64,000 nt of DNA from Euryarchaeota archaeon UBA251 (GCA_002497905.1 DAFJ01000085.1:15993-79992); one strand, 5' to 3'. Counted from the stretch's first letter, positions 20,061 to 30,455 are shown. A program made the numbers and translations. The notes: generated by a model from the letters alone, not told the origin.

Positions 20061-22811
20061 TCACAGAATCCGGGATTCTACATCTTCTTCCAGCTGGATA
20101 TTGGATGTCGTCCCTCCACCAAACATATCAGCAGGTGGTGCAGTAACAGGTACTGAAAATTCCGTTATCGAATCATAGAGTGATGATGGCTCACTAGTAC
20201 GGGACTCTTCCATTCGAATATAGAAAACAACAGCAACAGCGGCGAAAATCAGAGCAAGTAATCCAATCAATATCATTGCATAAGTTACTGTGCGTTTATT
20301 CTCTTGGCGGGCGAGATCCTCTGGAGTCCGAAGTTCTGGATCGAAGGGGTCAACGTCGAAGTTATCCCCTATTCCATCTCCATCCTGATCGAACCATTCC
20401 AACGGATTATCTGGGAAAACATCCATACTATCTCCAAAACCGTCTCCATCGCGATCACCACATTCCTGTGGATTATTCGGCCAGAGATCAGTATTGTCTC
20501 CACAACCATCGCCATCAGAATCAACCCAATCCTTGGAATCCTCTGGGAAGACATCCTGATTATCCCCATATCCATCTCCATCTGAATCCAACCATTCCAA
20601 CGGATCAGATGGGAATGCATCGCTATTATCGCCTTGACTATCGCCATCAGAATCTATCCATTCCAATGGATCCTCTGGGAAGATATCTGAATGGTCGCCG
20701 ACACCATCTGAATCAGTATCATTCCATTCGTTGGAATCTGTCGGGAATACATCAACAGAGTCACCGTATCCGTCTCCATCGAGATCCGGGCAACCTAGAG
20801 GGTGAGTTGCATCACCCGCTTCATTAGGACAGATGTCGCTGTTATCTCCAAATCCGTCATTATCCGAATCTACCCATTCGGTCAAATCATCAGGGAAGTC
20901 GTCGCCTACATCCCCTACTCCATCACCATCCCTATCCCTACATTCAGTAGGGTCACTTGGAAACATATCTCGGTTATCACCACAACCGTCTCCATCGGCG
21001 TCACTCCATTCCTCTGGATCTAATGGGAAGGCGTCTGTTCCATCCATTACTCCATCATCATCTGTATCTGGGTCCCTTTCATCACTACCGAGAGTATCTT
21101 CGTCTGCATCACTAAGAGCATCGCCATCATCATCGTCATCCTCTGAATCATTGCAGCCATCCTGATCCAAGTCATCGGAATGAAGGCCCACTGCTCCTCG
21201 AGGACATTCGTCAACAGTATCTTCGTGGCCATCATTGTCATCATCAGAATCCACTTCATCTGCGCAACCATCCATATCATAATCTGGACCAGGAGGGCCG
21301 TCAGGACATGGATCAATTGAGTCGACTAAGCCATCCTGATCTGAATCACGCTGATTATCTGCGCATCCAGAAGCATCAACTGAGTTGGCTCCAGCATCAG
21401 TATTCGGACAAATATCGTCACCATTTGGCACGCCATCATCGTCTCCGTCTCTTTGTTCCCAAGAACAACCTACAGAATCAACAGTTTCATTTCTTGTCCA
21501 ATTACAGAGATCGTTTGCATCAGAAATACCATCGCCATCAATATCTAGATCACCAATTGCTTCAATCGCAAGATGTCCAATTGTCTGATGCATTACCCGA
21601 GTTGGATGTGCCTTATCGAAGAAGAGATACTCATCCACATTAGGAGAGATTGGATCGCCAGAATTGCAGATTGGTAGAGGTAGAAGGCTAACACCACCTC
21701 GGCACGCAGCGGATTGCGTATCCGTGAAACCAAAATGCTCCTCATTCTGAACAATTTCGTGGAATATTGACCACGCATCGACCATGTGAATTGTAAGATT
21801 GAGTTCTGCGGAGAGATTCCCTACAAGGTTTGACAACTTCTGATTGTACGAGATAACTTCGGAACGTATCGTAGACTGCTGTGCTTGAGTTCTGCTCAAT
21901 ATCTCGGGGGTCAATTCTAGAGGAGGGAGATTTGGAATGATGAACTCGGTCGCCCCTGCCGTCGATAATTGACGGATATGAGCTTCCATATTCGTGACGA
22001 TTACATTGGAGTTAGCTGATCCGTAGAGGAAATCATTTCCTCCAGCCCAAAGTGCAACAATGGAGCCAGACGGAACAGTAGTCTGTACATTTGCAAAATA
22101 GGCCGTAATCTGAGTCCCAACATTAGGGAGTACAATGTAGGAGTTACCAGCTCCAGTTTGTGAGCCGCCAAAGGCCCGATTGTCACCGGCCGAAGAACCG
22201 GTACCAATTGAGGTTGAAAGGCCCATACGGTCACTAACATGCTCAACCCACACAGGACCATTTGAGAATCGACCTTGCCAATATGGGGGGACATCTGGGA
22301 CATTGAGGGCTGAACGAGCATTGCCCATGTCGCTAAGAGAATCACCGAAAACAAGCAAATCCGAGTAGGTAGGAGTTACCGTCTGTCCAATAACAAAAAA
22401 GGTGATTTCTGTAAATTCAATGAGTGAACCAACCGAATCCAAAACTTCGATTTCAATACTGTATAACCGATCACCCATGTAGAAACCATAGATATCAAAA
22501 ACGGTTGAATCTGACGAGCCTGAGGTCTGGAATATCTGATTGCCTTGAAGTAATGGAGTGGGCACAGAACCGAAAACAGACCATTGGATTGTGTAAAGCG
22601 CATTGTAAGGTGAATCCGAGATGATGGTCGTAACCTCAATTGCCTCGTTTGAATGCCAATCATGACGGTCGATGGCATGTGTAATCGTCGGTGAAGATCT
22701 CCCCTCTGCGGCCGCAGGCACTATGGCAGAATGAGCGAGTAACAAGCCAACGAGGACCCAGGTGCTGAGGTTCGCACCTGAACTTCTTGATATCACGTTC
22801 AAAGCAATCAC
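20061..22811 (-). CDS. Secreted/membrane-anchored SGNH/GDSL hydrolase with thrombospondin type-3 Ca-binding repeats
   Basis: Signal peptide; FGDSLSD, GRFSNG, AGGND, DKAHPT catalytic blocks; long DxDGDG repeat stalk; C-terminal TM helix. Confidence 0.9.
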   Translation of the reverse strand: MIALNVISRSSGANLSTWVLVGLLLAHSAIVPAAAEGRSSPTITHAIDRHDWHSNEAIEVTTIISDSPYNALYTIQWSVFGSVPTPLLQGNQIFQTSGSSDSTVFDIYGFYMGDRLYSIEIEVLDSVGSLIEFTEITFFVIGQTVTPTYSDLLVFGDSLSDMGNARSALNVPDVPPYWQGRFSNGPVWVEHVSDRMGLSTSIGTGSSAGDNRAFGGSQTGAGNSYIVLPNVGTQITAYFANVQTTVPSGSIVALWAGGNDFLYGSANSNVIVTNMEAHIRQLSTAGATEFIIPNLPPLELTPEILSRTQAQQSTIRSEVISYNQKLSNLVGNLSAELNLTIHMVDAWSIFHEIVQNEEHFGFTDTQSAACRGGVSLLPLPICNSGDPISPNVDEYLFFDKAHPTRVMHQTIGHLAIEAIGDLDIDGDGISDANDLCNWTRNETVDSVGCSWEQRDGDDDGVPNGDDICPNTDAGANSVDASGCADNQRDSDQDGLVDSIDPCPDGPPGPDYDMDGCADEVDSDDDNDGHEDTVDECPRGAVGLHSDDLDQDGCNDSEDDDDDGDALSDADEDTLGSDERDPDTDDDGVMDGTDAFPLDPEEWSDADGDGCGDNRDMFPSDPTECRDRDGDGVGDVGDDFPDDLTEWVDSDNDGFGDNSDICPNEAGDATHPLGCPDLDGDGYGDSVDVFPTDSNEWNDTDSDGVGDHSDIFPEDPLEWIDSDGDSQGDNSDAFPSDPLEWLDSDGDGYGDNQDVFPEDSKDWVDSDGDGCGDNTDLWPNNPQECGDRDGDGFGDSMDVFPDNPLEWFDQDGDGIGDNFDVDPFDPELRTPEDLARQENKRTVTYAMILIGLLALIFAAVAVVFYIRMEESRTSEPSSLYDSITEFSVPVTAPPADMFGGGTTSNIQLEEDVESRIL
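20340..21560 (-). repeat. Coding tandem TSP3-like repeats (~22-aa unit FPxDPxEWxDSDGDGxGDNxD)
   Basis: More than 10 degenerate copies visible in the translation; they also explain the many spurious overlapping ORFs here. Confidence 0.85.
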
Positions 22812-23242
22812 TCTGATTCAGTCAATATTACAGATACAGGTGTAGATGAATCGACTATTTGTGTTGTTTTTCTTTCATTGTAAAATGCCCGCCCTGCAAA
22901 AGGAATACTCCAAAATGCTCCTCCAACGGCGCCAAAAAGGACCACTGTGACTAATGTAATTGGTTCGTTATTTGGTAATCCAAATATGGGCCCAAATAAA
23001 GGAATAATCGATGTGAAAAATGCCACAGGAATGAGGATTTTGAGACCTATTTCTGGCCAACCAGCCCATTTCGATATCTCATTTGCGATGTAGGCTGAAA
23101 GCGCCGATAGCGCAAAAAAACCGCCACATAACCCTGCAAATGAGCCAGGATCAATCTCGGCTAGGACAAATACTCCAAGGATGAAAATTGCCAATATTGC
23201 TCCAGTTGCGGCACTAGATGCCACGATATGCTTCCAACCCAT
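22808..23242 (-). CDS. Small 4-TM membrane protein, hypothetical
   Basis: 144 aa with four hydrophobic segments; locally AT-richer DNA; stop overlaps the SGNH start. Confidence 0.65.
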   Translation of the reverse strand: MGWKHIVASSAATGAILAIFILGVFVLAEIDPGSFAGLCGGFFALSALSAYIANEISKWAGWPEIGLKILIPVAFFTSIIPLFGPIFGLPNNEPITLVTVVLFGAVGGAFWSIPFAGRAFYNERKTTQIVDSSTPVSVILTESE

Positions 23243-23291
23243 TGTGGAGAATTACATCAATTCAGTCAAAAATATGCTGTTTCACTGACGA

Positions 23292-25124
23292 TTACTCTTC
23301 TGAATTATCATCTATGGAACATTGTGGATACATTTCATGCATCGGCGGGAGGAAGAGATCTTCGCAAGTCCGATCAACTGTAGAGAGGCCAAGAACGCTA
23401 TTCCCATCAAGCGAAATCGTCACTGCCTGTGTTGAAACTGGACTTGGGATGTAATCCTCTCCTGTTTGACTAACGAGTAGCTGTATGCCATCTCCTGCAG
23501 GAACAACGACATCCATACCAAAGAATTCCATTTTAGCAATCACTGTGCTTCCAGGTGTTAGGACTTGGCCGTCCTTGCCACCGGCGTGGAATCTGAGATC
23601 CATGACCGCATGTCCAAGATGCATTCCATCAGACGCACGAACCATCTCTACGAAGAGATGTCCCGAGGTTGCTAATAGTGAGATTTGTGCCTCTACATGG
23701 AAAGTCGGAGTTCCAATTATACGAGTTTCATTCTCAAACATTGAACACTCAATGGTTGTCTGACTCGTAGAGGTGATTGTTGCTCCACCAGACAAAACCT
23801 CGCATTCATCCATACCCATCATAAACCACTCAATATCCTCAGGAGGGTAGGTAGATTCGACACGCCAACCGCCCATATTATCCTGAATCTCAGCTATTAA
23901 CCGAGGTTGTGGACCAATGTCCCTCAAGTAGAAATCGAACCACTCTAGGAGGTCATCGGCCCAATCCCATCGCAACGTGTATGGATACGCTTCTGCACCT
24001 CGTCCACTCGAAAGGGAAGAATGTCCACTTTCTCGATCAGGATAATCGTGTGCCCATTGGCCATAAAGTCCCTTGACATCAAATCCTGCATCGATAGACA
24101 TCTGATGTGCAGGGAAAGCCATGTGAGGATCAACATTCCAATCTTGCATCCCGTGGATGATGTAGATTGAACCGTTGTACACATCTAGGGCACCAGTAAG
24201 GAAATGCCTCTCCTCCCAGTAATCAGAACCGGTCCAACCAAGATTGTCTCCAGTCATGTAAGCTGCAGGTCCAGCGTAGTACCCCTCGACATAACCCTCA
24301 CAGGCATTCTCAATATCGCCGCTGTCTCCATCAAGTCCGAAAGAACCGTACACACCATTGTGCATGATTGCACCACGCGCCTCCATGCTACCATTGCGCC
24401 ACATCAAATCATGGACGCCGATAAGTCCAGACATAGGAACGATTGTAGCAAGATATTCGGAGCCCGAAGCCGCGGCATTCCAAGGCGTGCTACCATCATA
24501 TGATTTGCCAATCGCACCGACATTACCGTTTGACCATGATTGGGATCCAAGCCAGTCAACCGCAGCCTTGATTCCTGCCTGTTCATCATGACCCATCAAA
24601 TCCATGCAATGATTTGACTCGCCCGTTCCGAAAACCGAAACTTGAGCAACCCCGTAGCCATGTGGGACAAAATTCTCTATCAGAAAACGGCCAAGCCGAT
24701 CGGCAGGAGTTAACGCATCAACGTCCCCATCATCATAGTAAGGTCCGATTTCTGCTATGACTGGTACCTGGCATTCAACAGGTAGTTCAGCAGAACTCCA
24801 ATCGCAACCCTCGATGATAGGAAGCCAAAGACCGAGATGGACTTCAGCGCCACCTGTCACTCCAGCTCCTCCATCAGAGGCATCAATCTCAGGAACTGGG
24901 ACAAAGACGGAAAGAGAGTCGCCGATACCATACGAACCATTCCATGAAACACGTGAAAACACATCGTCGGCTTGGTAAATCATATCGAAGCGCTCCTCTA
25001 CAGGAGGTAGCCAATGATCTGGTTCGATTTGAGGCTCTTCTTGATCCGTACCAAAACATCCTGCAAGAGGCGCAAGAAATAGAACGAGGGTCAATAGGAT
25101 TGCTCGAATCCGCCTGACTGCCAT
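23292..25124 (-). CDS. CocE/NonD family (peptidase S15-like) alpha/beta hydrolase lipoprotein
   Basis: Lipobox [27 protein letters not shown] nucleophile elbow, [13 protein letters not shown]. Confidence 0.88.
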   Translation of the reverse strand: MAVRRIRAILLTLVLFLAPLAGCFGTDQEEPQIEPDHWLPPVEERFDMIYQADDVFSRVSWNGSYGIGDSLSVFVPVPEIDASDGGAGVTGGAEVHLGLWLPIIEGCDWSSAELPVECQVPVIAEIGPYYDDGDVDALTPADRLGRFLIENFVPHGYGVAQVSVFGTGESNHCMDLMGHDEQAGIKAAVDWLGSQSWSNGNVGAIGKSYDGSTPWNAAASGSEYLATIVPMSGLIGVHDLMWRNGSMEARGAIMHNGVYGSFGLDGDSGDIENACEGYVEGYYAGPAAYMTGDNLGWTGSDYWEERHFLTGALDVYNGSIYIIHGMQDWNVDPHMAFPAHQMSIDAGFDVKGLYGQWAHDYPDRESGHSSLSSGRGAEAYPYTLRWDWADDLLEWFDFYLRDIGPQPRLIAEIQDNMGGWRVESTYPPEDIEWFMMGMDECEVLSGGATITSTSQTTIECSMFENETRIIGTPTFHVEAQISLLATSGHLFVEMVRASDGMHLGHAVMDLRFHAGGKDGQVLTPGSTVIAKMEFFGMDVVVPAGDGIQLLVSQTGEDYIPSPVSTQAVTISLDGNSVLGLSTVDRTCEDLFLPPMHEMYPQCSIDDNSEE

Positions 25125-25236
25125 GTTTAACGGTCAAGCCCCTCGATTTCAAGCCTACCGGCTGTAAGACCTATGTGATATAGGTCAAAACAGTATATTC
25201 CAATGGTTTATTCGATTCCGTGTTAAGCGACAACTG

Positions 25237-25662
25237 ATGACAATGAATCGGTCAGGTATTATCGATGCGCTCAATGGTGCACTTGCTTGGGAATTACGTG
25301 CTATTGCGATGTATGCGCACTATTCTGCCTATGTCTCAGGGATTCATAGACTACAACTATCTGCACATTTTTCCGAAGAAGTCACTGAATCCACTACTCA
25401 TGCTGCTGCTGTCCGAGCTGCAATCGTAAAATTGGATGGAATCGCAACTACAGATCGAGCCGATACTGAGATTATCCATACAATGGATTACACTGAGATG
25501 TTGAAAGAGGCTTACAAAACTGAGATGAAAGCAAGTGAAACCTATGGTCAAATCCTACCTATGATTGAAACGTTAGGTGACAAAGAGCTCTATGATTCAT
25601 TGGAAACCATCTACTTCGATGAAATGCGTTCGGTTGAAGAACTCCGAATGATGTTGAAGTAG
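25237..25662 (+). CDS. Ferritin-like (bacterioferritin/Dps-related) protein
   Basis: Four-helix pattern LNGALAWELRAIAMY...EESxxH-like (TESTTHA)...EMKASETY...DEMRS; TTTATT box 30 nt upstream. Confidence 0.8.
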   Translation: MTMNRSGIIDALNGALAWELRAIAMYAHYSAYVSGIHRLQLSAHFSEEVTESTTHAAAVRAAIVKLDGIATTDRADTEIIHTMDYTEMLKEAYKTEMKASETYGQILPMIETLGDKELYDSLETIYFDEMRSVEELRMMLK

Positions 25663-25789
25663 ACGCTGGAAATCCTGGTAACGAATACCAATTTTGGCGA
25701 TCCAAAGAATCTTTTGAAAACACCCATTTGAGGGTAATCAATACCACAATGATTGATTAGCAGAAGGATGAGGATTCCATCGTCCAAGA

Positions 25790-26230
25790 GGACAAGGTGG
25801 GAGCGAGCAGAGGGGGTTCCGTCGGGTGGACTTCGCCCCCTCTGCTCAACTCCGCGGTTGACTCCTGTTCCTCTCCGGTTGCCCTTCGATTCCCAGTCGT
25901 CTTTCCAGTCGATCGGTTCCGCAGTTTCCTACTTCCCCTCTCTCTCTCGTTCATTCCCTTCGGGTTTCCCCTCTGTTCATTCCCGGATACTGGATTTGGA
26001 GCGAGCCCCCTCCGCATTGCTGCGTTTGGTTGCGTTCTCCTCGTTCTGCCGAAGCTTCCCGATTCGTTCCAGCGTCGGTTTCCCTTCGCTGTCGTCTCCA
26101 GGTCTCTCATCGTAATGATCGACCTTCCGTCCACTCGTTGCCGAGTGATCGGAACCGCTCAGGTTTGCGGTTCCGGACCGGAGTCCCCGCAACAGGTTGC
26201 CCCGTCACGCCACTCCCCCGGAGCGGTAAC
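25790..26230 (-). ncRNA. Candidate large structured non-coding RNA of unrecognised class
   Basis: Purine-rich minus strand with about 10 hairpins, several capped by GNRA or UNCG loops, a long-range helix (26192-26180 with 25865-25852), a 12-bp 3' stem (25847-25805) and a dedicated BRE/TATA promoter. No credible CDS. The 3' end is approximate. Confidence 0.7.
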
Positions 26231-26251
26231 TTAGCATAAGCAAGGGATGTC

Positions 26252-26263
26252 TATTAACTTTTG
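26252..26263 (-). promoter_or_regulatory. Archaeal BRE-TATA promoter for the candidate ncRNA
   Basis: Minus strand CAAAAG-TTAATA; the predicted start ~27 nt downstream is G26230, the first base of the 5' hairpin. Confidence 0.65.
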
Positions 26264-26334
26264 CAAGAAAATGGCACTTTTCTTAGGAAATTGACGTTGT
26301 ATGACCCCTATTTCCGATGCAGATTTGTTATATT

Positions 26335-27483
26335 TTATTTTCTTAACGCGCGAAGTCGATCTCTCAAATCAGAACGATTGTTCTCCTCTGTTGGGGCCGA
26401 ATCAATTCGTCTTGCAAGCATCTCGCTCTCAAATACAAGTAAGCGACCATCGTCCATTCCGATTACAGTAAAACCCTCGTGAACGGCGATATCTCTGAGT
26501 CGTGCTGATAATGTGAGATGTGTGATTATTTTCCCACTATCCGAATCTAAAAGTGAAATTAGGCCATTTCTTCCTGACCAAGTACTAAACCAAGCACGTT
26601 CTCGATTAGAGAAACAAATATTCTCGATCTCGGCTTCTAGATCAATGGACCAAGAGATGTTTTCATTGTCATAGCAAATAGCGCTCCCCTCCGATGTCCC
26701 GATTAACAGACGAGATTCGTCCTTGACCATGCATTCGATTGTTTCCTTCGTAATTGACGGGAGAGATTCTGGTTTACCATCTATGTTGATTTCTGTAATG
26801 CCTCCATCGATATGCCCTAGTAGAATCTCGCTCTGACCAGTGCCACAACACACGGGTGAATCGCCTAAATCGAGATGGGTATCGATCAATCGATCCCCAT
26901 CTTGCTTCAGATGCAGCAGCCCCCCTCTAGGTCGTCCAAGACCAAGGGCGATTTCTCCGGGCGGTAAGATATGGAGCGACCAAGGACGTTCATCGAATTC
27001 TAGCCTGTGTATGATTTCCCCTTCTGCGTCGATAAGTGTGATTGCACAAATTATGAAATCATTCAATTCAATATCATAGACAGATGATGATACCCAACAT
27101 CTTCCACCATCTGCACAGGCCAAGATATCTGTTGAACCATCGAATTCAGTCCGCCATATAATATCGCCATCTATTGGGTTGATTCTCATTGCTTCTCGTC
27201 CAGCTATACAACGAATATTCTGATCGGTCTGGTCGATTTTGATGGAAGTTACTCGGTCACCCACATCTGTTGACCACAACTCCTCCCCCTCTAAGTTCCA
27301 AGCAACAATTGCTCCATTCCAATCACCTGCAAGAATCAACGAATCATCGATATGGACTGCAGATATGCTCTGAGGCATTCGCCTCTCCATCCATGCAACT
27401 GATTCCGCAGCAAGTGTCCGCGGTCCGTCCATGATTCGGTTCAGGGGTGGCGGCGCATAAGGACGCCTCGTTCCCATGTCCAA
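26335..27483 (-). CDS. WD40/PQQ-like beta-propeller protein
   Basis: Repeated blade motifs (LAGDWNGAIVAW..GEELW; GDIIW; IGTSEG; IGMDDG). Start uncertain. Confidence 0.7.
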   Translation of the reverse strand: MDMGTRRPYAPPPLNRIMDGPRTLAAESVAWMERRMPQSISAVHIDDSLILAGDWNGAIVAWNLEGEELWSTDVGDRVTSIKIDQTDQNIRCIAGREAMRINPIDGDIIWRTEFDGSTDILACADGGRCWVSSSVYDIELNDFIICAITLIDAEGEIIHRLEFDERPWSLHILPPGEIALGLGRPRGGLLHLKQDGDRLIDTHLDLGDSPVCCGTGQSEILLGHIDGGITEINIDGKPESLPSITKETIECMVKDESRLLIGTSEGSAICYDNENISWSIDLEAEIENICFSNRERAWFSTWSGRNGLISLLDSDSGKIITHLTLSARLRDIAVHEGFTVIGMDDGRLLVFESEMLARRIDSAPTEENNRSDLRDRLRALRK

Positions 27484-27492
27484 TCGTTACGG

Positions 27493-29001
27493 TCAAACTG
27501 AACCGTAGATTGTGCCAATCTTATCACGCAAATAATCAACGAAGGGGGCCGGTGTTGGCGCTTCTCCCGTGGCCTCCTCAATGAGGCCAGCAGGAGTTAG
27601 TATTGAGCCCCGAGCATGGACGTGTTCACGCATCCACCCTAAGAGGGGAGTGAAGGTGCCTGAGCGCCAATCATCCTCCAAAGTATGGCCGTCTGATTCG
27701 AGGTCTTTTCGAGCTGCGACGAGGAGTTGGGCCGCGTATAAGTTGCCCAATGTGTAGGTTGGGAAGTAGCCGAATGCTCCCATCGACCAATGAATATCCT
27801 GGAGGACTCCTTGTTTCCGATCAGGGGAACGAATCCCGAGGTAACGTTCGTACATATCATCCCATGCATCCGGTAAATCATCAACATCAAGTTCGCCTGA
27901 GATAAGCAGTTTCTCAACCTCGTACCTGATCATGATGTGGAGGTTGTATGTGGCTTCATCCGCTTCAACACGAATTAAGCTAGGTTCGACCTGGTTGATT
28001 GCCCTCCAGAGCATTTCTGCACTTACGCCATCCATGTTCTCAGGGAAGTGTTCTTTCCACATTGGAAGGCTCCATTCACAGAACGCAAGGCTACGTCCAA
28101 CCTGATTCTCCCAAAGACGACTTTGGCTCTCATGCACGCCTAATCCGTTAGCATGTCCACTGGGTTCAAAATCCAAATTTCTCGGACGCCCTTGCTCATA
28201 GAGGGCATGTCCGGTTTCGTGCAAGGTTCCGAAGATAGCCCCCCACGGTTCACGGGAGTCGTAGCGAGTAGTCCAACGAACATCATCAGGATTTGCTCCA
28301 CCACAGAACGGGTGAGTAGATTCATCTCTACGACCTGCTCCAAAATCGAAGCCCACTGCTTCGGAAAGAGCCTGACTGAGATTTTCCTGTCCTTCTTTCG
28401 ACCACTTGTGACGGTAGACCCAATCATGAGCTCCGCCATCTACATTCACTCCCTGGATAAGAGGGACTGAGGACTCGCGGAGTCCAGCGAAGAGTGGATC
28501 AAGGCGGGCAACTGTTAGGCCTGATTCATAGAGGTCAAGAAGTGCATCGTATCGAAGTGTTTCGTATCCAAGGTAGTCAGCAAGTTCGCGAGCAAGATCA
28601 ACCATCGTTGCGAGGTCGTCACGGAAAATCGAGAAGTCATTTTTGGCTCGTGCCTCTGTCCACGATACAATCGACTTGGACTTGTGCCGAGCCAACCTTT
28701 CCACGAAATCTGTAGGTTGCTTAGTGGACTTATCATAGGCATCTCGGATAAGGCGTAAGTTTCCTGAACGAGTTGGATTGGTACCATCGTCTTCAGCTTC
28801 AGCAGTGGAGAGTAAATCACCCATTAGAGAATCCGTCATCATACCATGACGAGTTTTGGAGAGCCATGCAAGTTGTTCAGCCCGTAGTGGTGCAGCCTTT
28901 GGCGGCATCATAACCTCCTGATCCCATCCAAGGAGGCCCGATATTTGGCCAATCGTCTCAATGTCTTTCTGCTTTGAAAGCAACTCCAAGTAAGCGTCCA
29001 T
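27493..29001 (-). CDS. Carboxypeptidase Taq (peptidase M32)
   Basis: WDQEVMMP, HPF, TTRY, HETGH zinc motif, HESQSRLWEN, IRVEADE, GVLQDIHWS, GYFPTY. Start at ATG 29001. Confidence 0.95.
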   Translation of the reverse strand: MDAYLELLSKQKDIETIGQISGLLGWDQEVMMPPKAAPLRAEQLAWLSKTRHGMMTDSLMGDLLSTAEAEDDGTNPTRSGNLRLIRDAYDKSTKQPTDFVERLARHKSKSIVSWTEARAKNDFSIFRDDLATMVDLARELADYLGYETLRYDALLDLYESGLTVARLDPLFAGLRESSVPLIQGVNVDGGAHDWVYRHKWSKEGQENLSQALSEAVGFDFGAGRRDESTHPFCGGANPDDVRWTTRYDSREPWGAIFGTLHETGHALYEQGRPRNLDFEPSGHANGLGVHESQSRLWENQVGRSLAFCEWSLPMWKEHFPENMDGVSAEMLWRAINQVEPSLIRVEADEATYNLHIMIRYEVEKLLISGELDVDDLPDAWDDMYERYLGIRSPDRKQGVLQDIHWSMGAFGYFPTYTLGNLYAAQLLVAARKDLESDGHTLEDDWRSGTFTPLLGWMREHVHARGSILTPAGLIEEATGEAPTPAPFVDYLRDKIGTIYGSV

Positions 29002-29066
29002 GCACATTGGATGAAGAGATTCTCCTTTACCTCTTTGGACAGAGGTTCTAGATGTATAATTGCTGT

Positions 29067-30455
29067 TTATTTCGGCCCAGTCATATCTTCTGGCCGGACC
29101 CATTCGTCGAATTGAGCCTCGGTGAGAAGTCCGAGTTCAAGGGCACTTTGCTTCAACGTCAACCCATTCTCATGTGCGTTCTTCGCAATCTTCGCAGCTG
29201 CATCATATCCTATGTGGTTATTCAGAGCTGTAACGAGCATCAATGAATTGTCGAGATGCTCTCGGATATTCTCGCGATTCGGCTGAAGGCCTTCGATACA
29301 GCGCTCACGGAATGAATGACAGGAATCTGTCAAAATACGTGCTGATTGTAGTAGGTTGTGTATCATCATGGGTTTGTACACATTCAACTCGAAGTTGCCT
29401 TGCGACCCACCGACGGTTACGGCGGTGTGATTCCCCATTACTTGAGCACAGACCATCGTCAACGCCTCACACTGAGTAGGATTGACCTTTCCAGGCATAA
29501 TCGATGAACCCGGCTCATTCGCTGGCAACTCTAACTCGCCAAGGCCACTCCTTGGGCCTGAGCCGAGCCATCGAACATCATTGGCGATTTTCATCAGAGA
29601 AACAGCAAGAACGCTCAACGCCCCACTCGTCGCGACGATTGCATCGTGAGCTGCGAGTTGAGCGAACTTGTTTGGAGCGCTTCGGAACGGAAGACCAGTG
29701 TGACCCGCGATCTTTGAGGCAACTCCTGCAGCAAAATCTGGATGAGTGTTTAGACCGGTGCCAACCGCAGTACCTCCGAGGGCAATTTCGTAGAGGTCAT
29801 CCATCGATACCTCGATACGGGATAGAGAGGCGTCAATCTGAGCAACCCAGCCTCCAACTTCCTGACCAAGAGTCAGGGGAACAGCATCCATCAGATGAGT
29901 CCTACCAATTTTCACAATATCTGACCATTCCTCTGACTTTTCCTGGAATGAATCCCGGAGAGATCGAACTGAGGGGATCACACTGTGCATAATGGCTTCA
30001 GCGGCTGAGATATGCATCGCTGTTGGGAAGGTGTCGTTACTGGACTGAGCCTTATTGACGTGATCATTGGGATGTACCGGATCCTTGCTTCCAAGTACTC
30101 CTCCAGCCATCTCTATTGCTCGATTCGCAATTACTTCATTCGCATTCATGTTAGACTGCGTGCCCGAACCCGTCTGCCACACACGGAGAGGAAAATGATC
30201 ATTCAACGAACCAGAGGCGACCTCGGATGCAGCTGCGATAATCAGGTCCGCTACATCGCCATCCAATGTCCCGAGAGCTTTGTTGGTCTCTGCCGCTGAC
30301 ATCTTGAGAATGCCGAAAGCGCGGATGACGCCTTCGGGCATAGCATCCTCGCCGATATCGAAATTCATCAAGGAACGAGCGGTTTGGGCCCCCCAGTAAC
30401 GATCGCTTGGCACCGAAAGTGTACCCATGGTGTCGCGTTCAATCCGTTCTTCCAT
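29067..30455 (-). CDS. fumC: Class II fumarate hydratase
   Basis: [54 protein letters not shown]. Confidence 0.97.
   Translation of the reverse strand: MEERIERDTMGTLSVPSDRYWGAQTARSLMNFDIGEDAMPEGVIRAFGILKMSAAETNKALGTLDGDVADLIIAAASEVASGSLNDHFPLRVWQTGSGTQSNMNANEVIANRAIEMAGGVLGSKDPVHPNDHVNKAQSSNDTFPTAMHISAAEAIMHSVIPSVRSLRDSFQEKSEEWSDIVKIGRTHLMDAVPLTLGQEVGGWVAQIDASLSRIEVSMDDLYEIALGGTAVGTGLNTHPDFAAGVASKIAGHTGLPFRSAPNKFAQLAAHDAIVATSGALSVLAVSLMKIANDVRWLGSGPRSGLGELELPANEPGSSIMPGKVNPTQCEALTMVCAQVMGNHTAVTVGGSQGNFELNVYKPMMIHNLLQSARILTDSCHSFRERCIEGLQPNRENIREHLDNSLMLVTALNNHIGYDAAAKIAKNAHENGLTLKQSALELGLLTEAQFDEWVRPEDMTGPK

Noticed and set aside
20340-21560. Periodic DNA repeats resembling a CRISPR array
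   Set aside because: Degenerate in-frame TSP3 protein repeats with synonymous variation; no identical repeats with unique spacers and no cas genes.
25790-26230. Identification of the structured element as RNase P RNA or SRP RNA
   Set aside because: No GAGGAAAGUCC near the 5' end with a matching 3' ACAGAA...GCUUA, and no SRP CAGG-GNRA-AGCA helix 8. GCGAAGUCCACCC occurs only in the last hairpin. A highly divergent form cannot be fully excluded without a covariance-model search.
25753-26239. Five overlapping short ORFs (69-145 aa) on both strands
   Set aside because: Low-complexity R/G/E or S/P/F translations produced by strand-biased GC-rich sequence; tetraloop-capped helices explain the region better.
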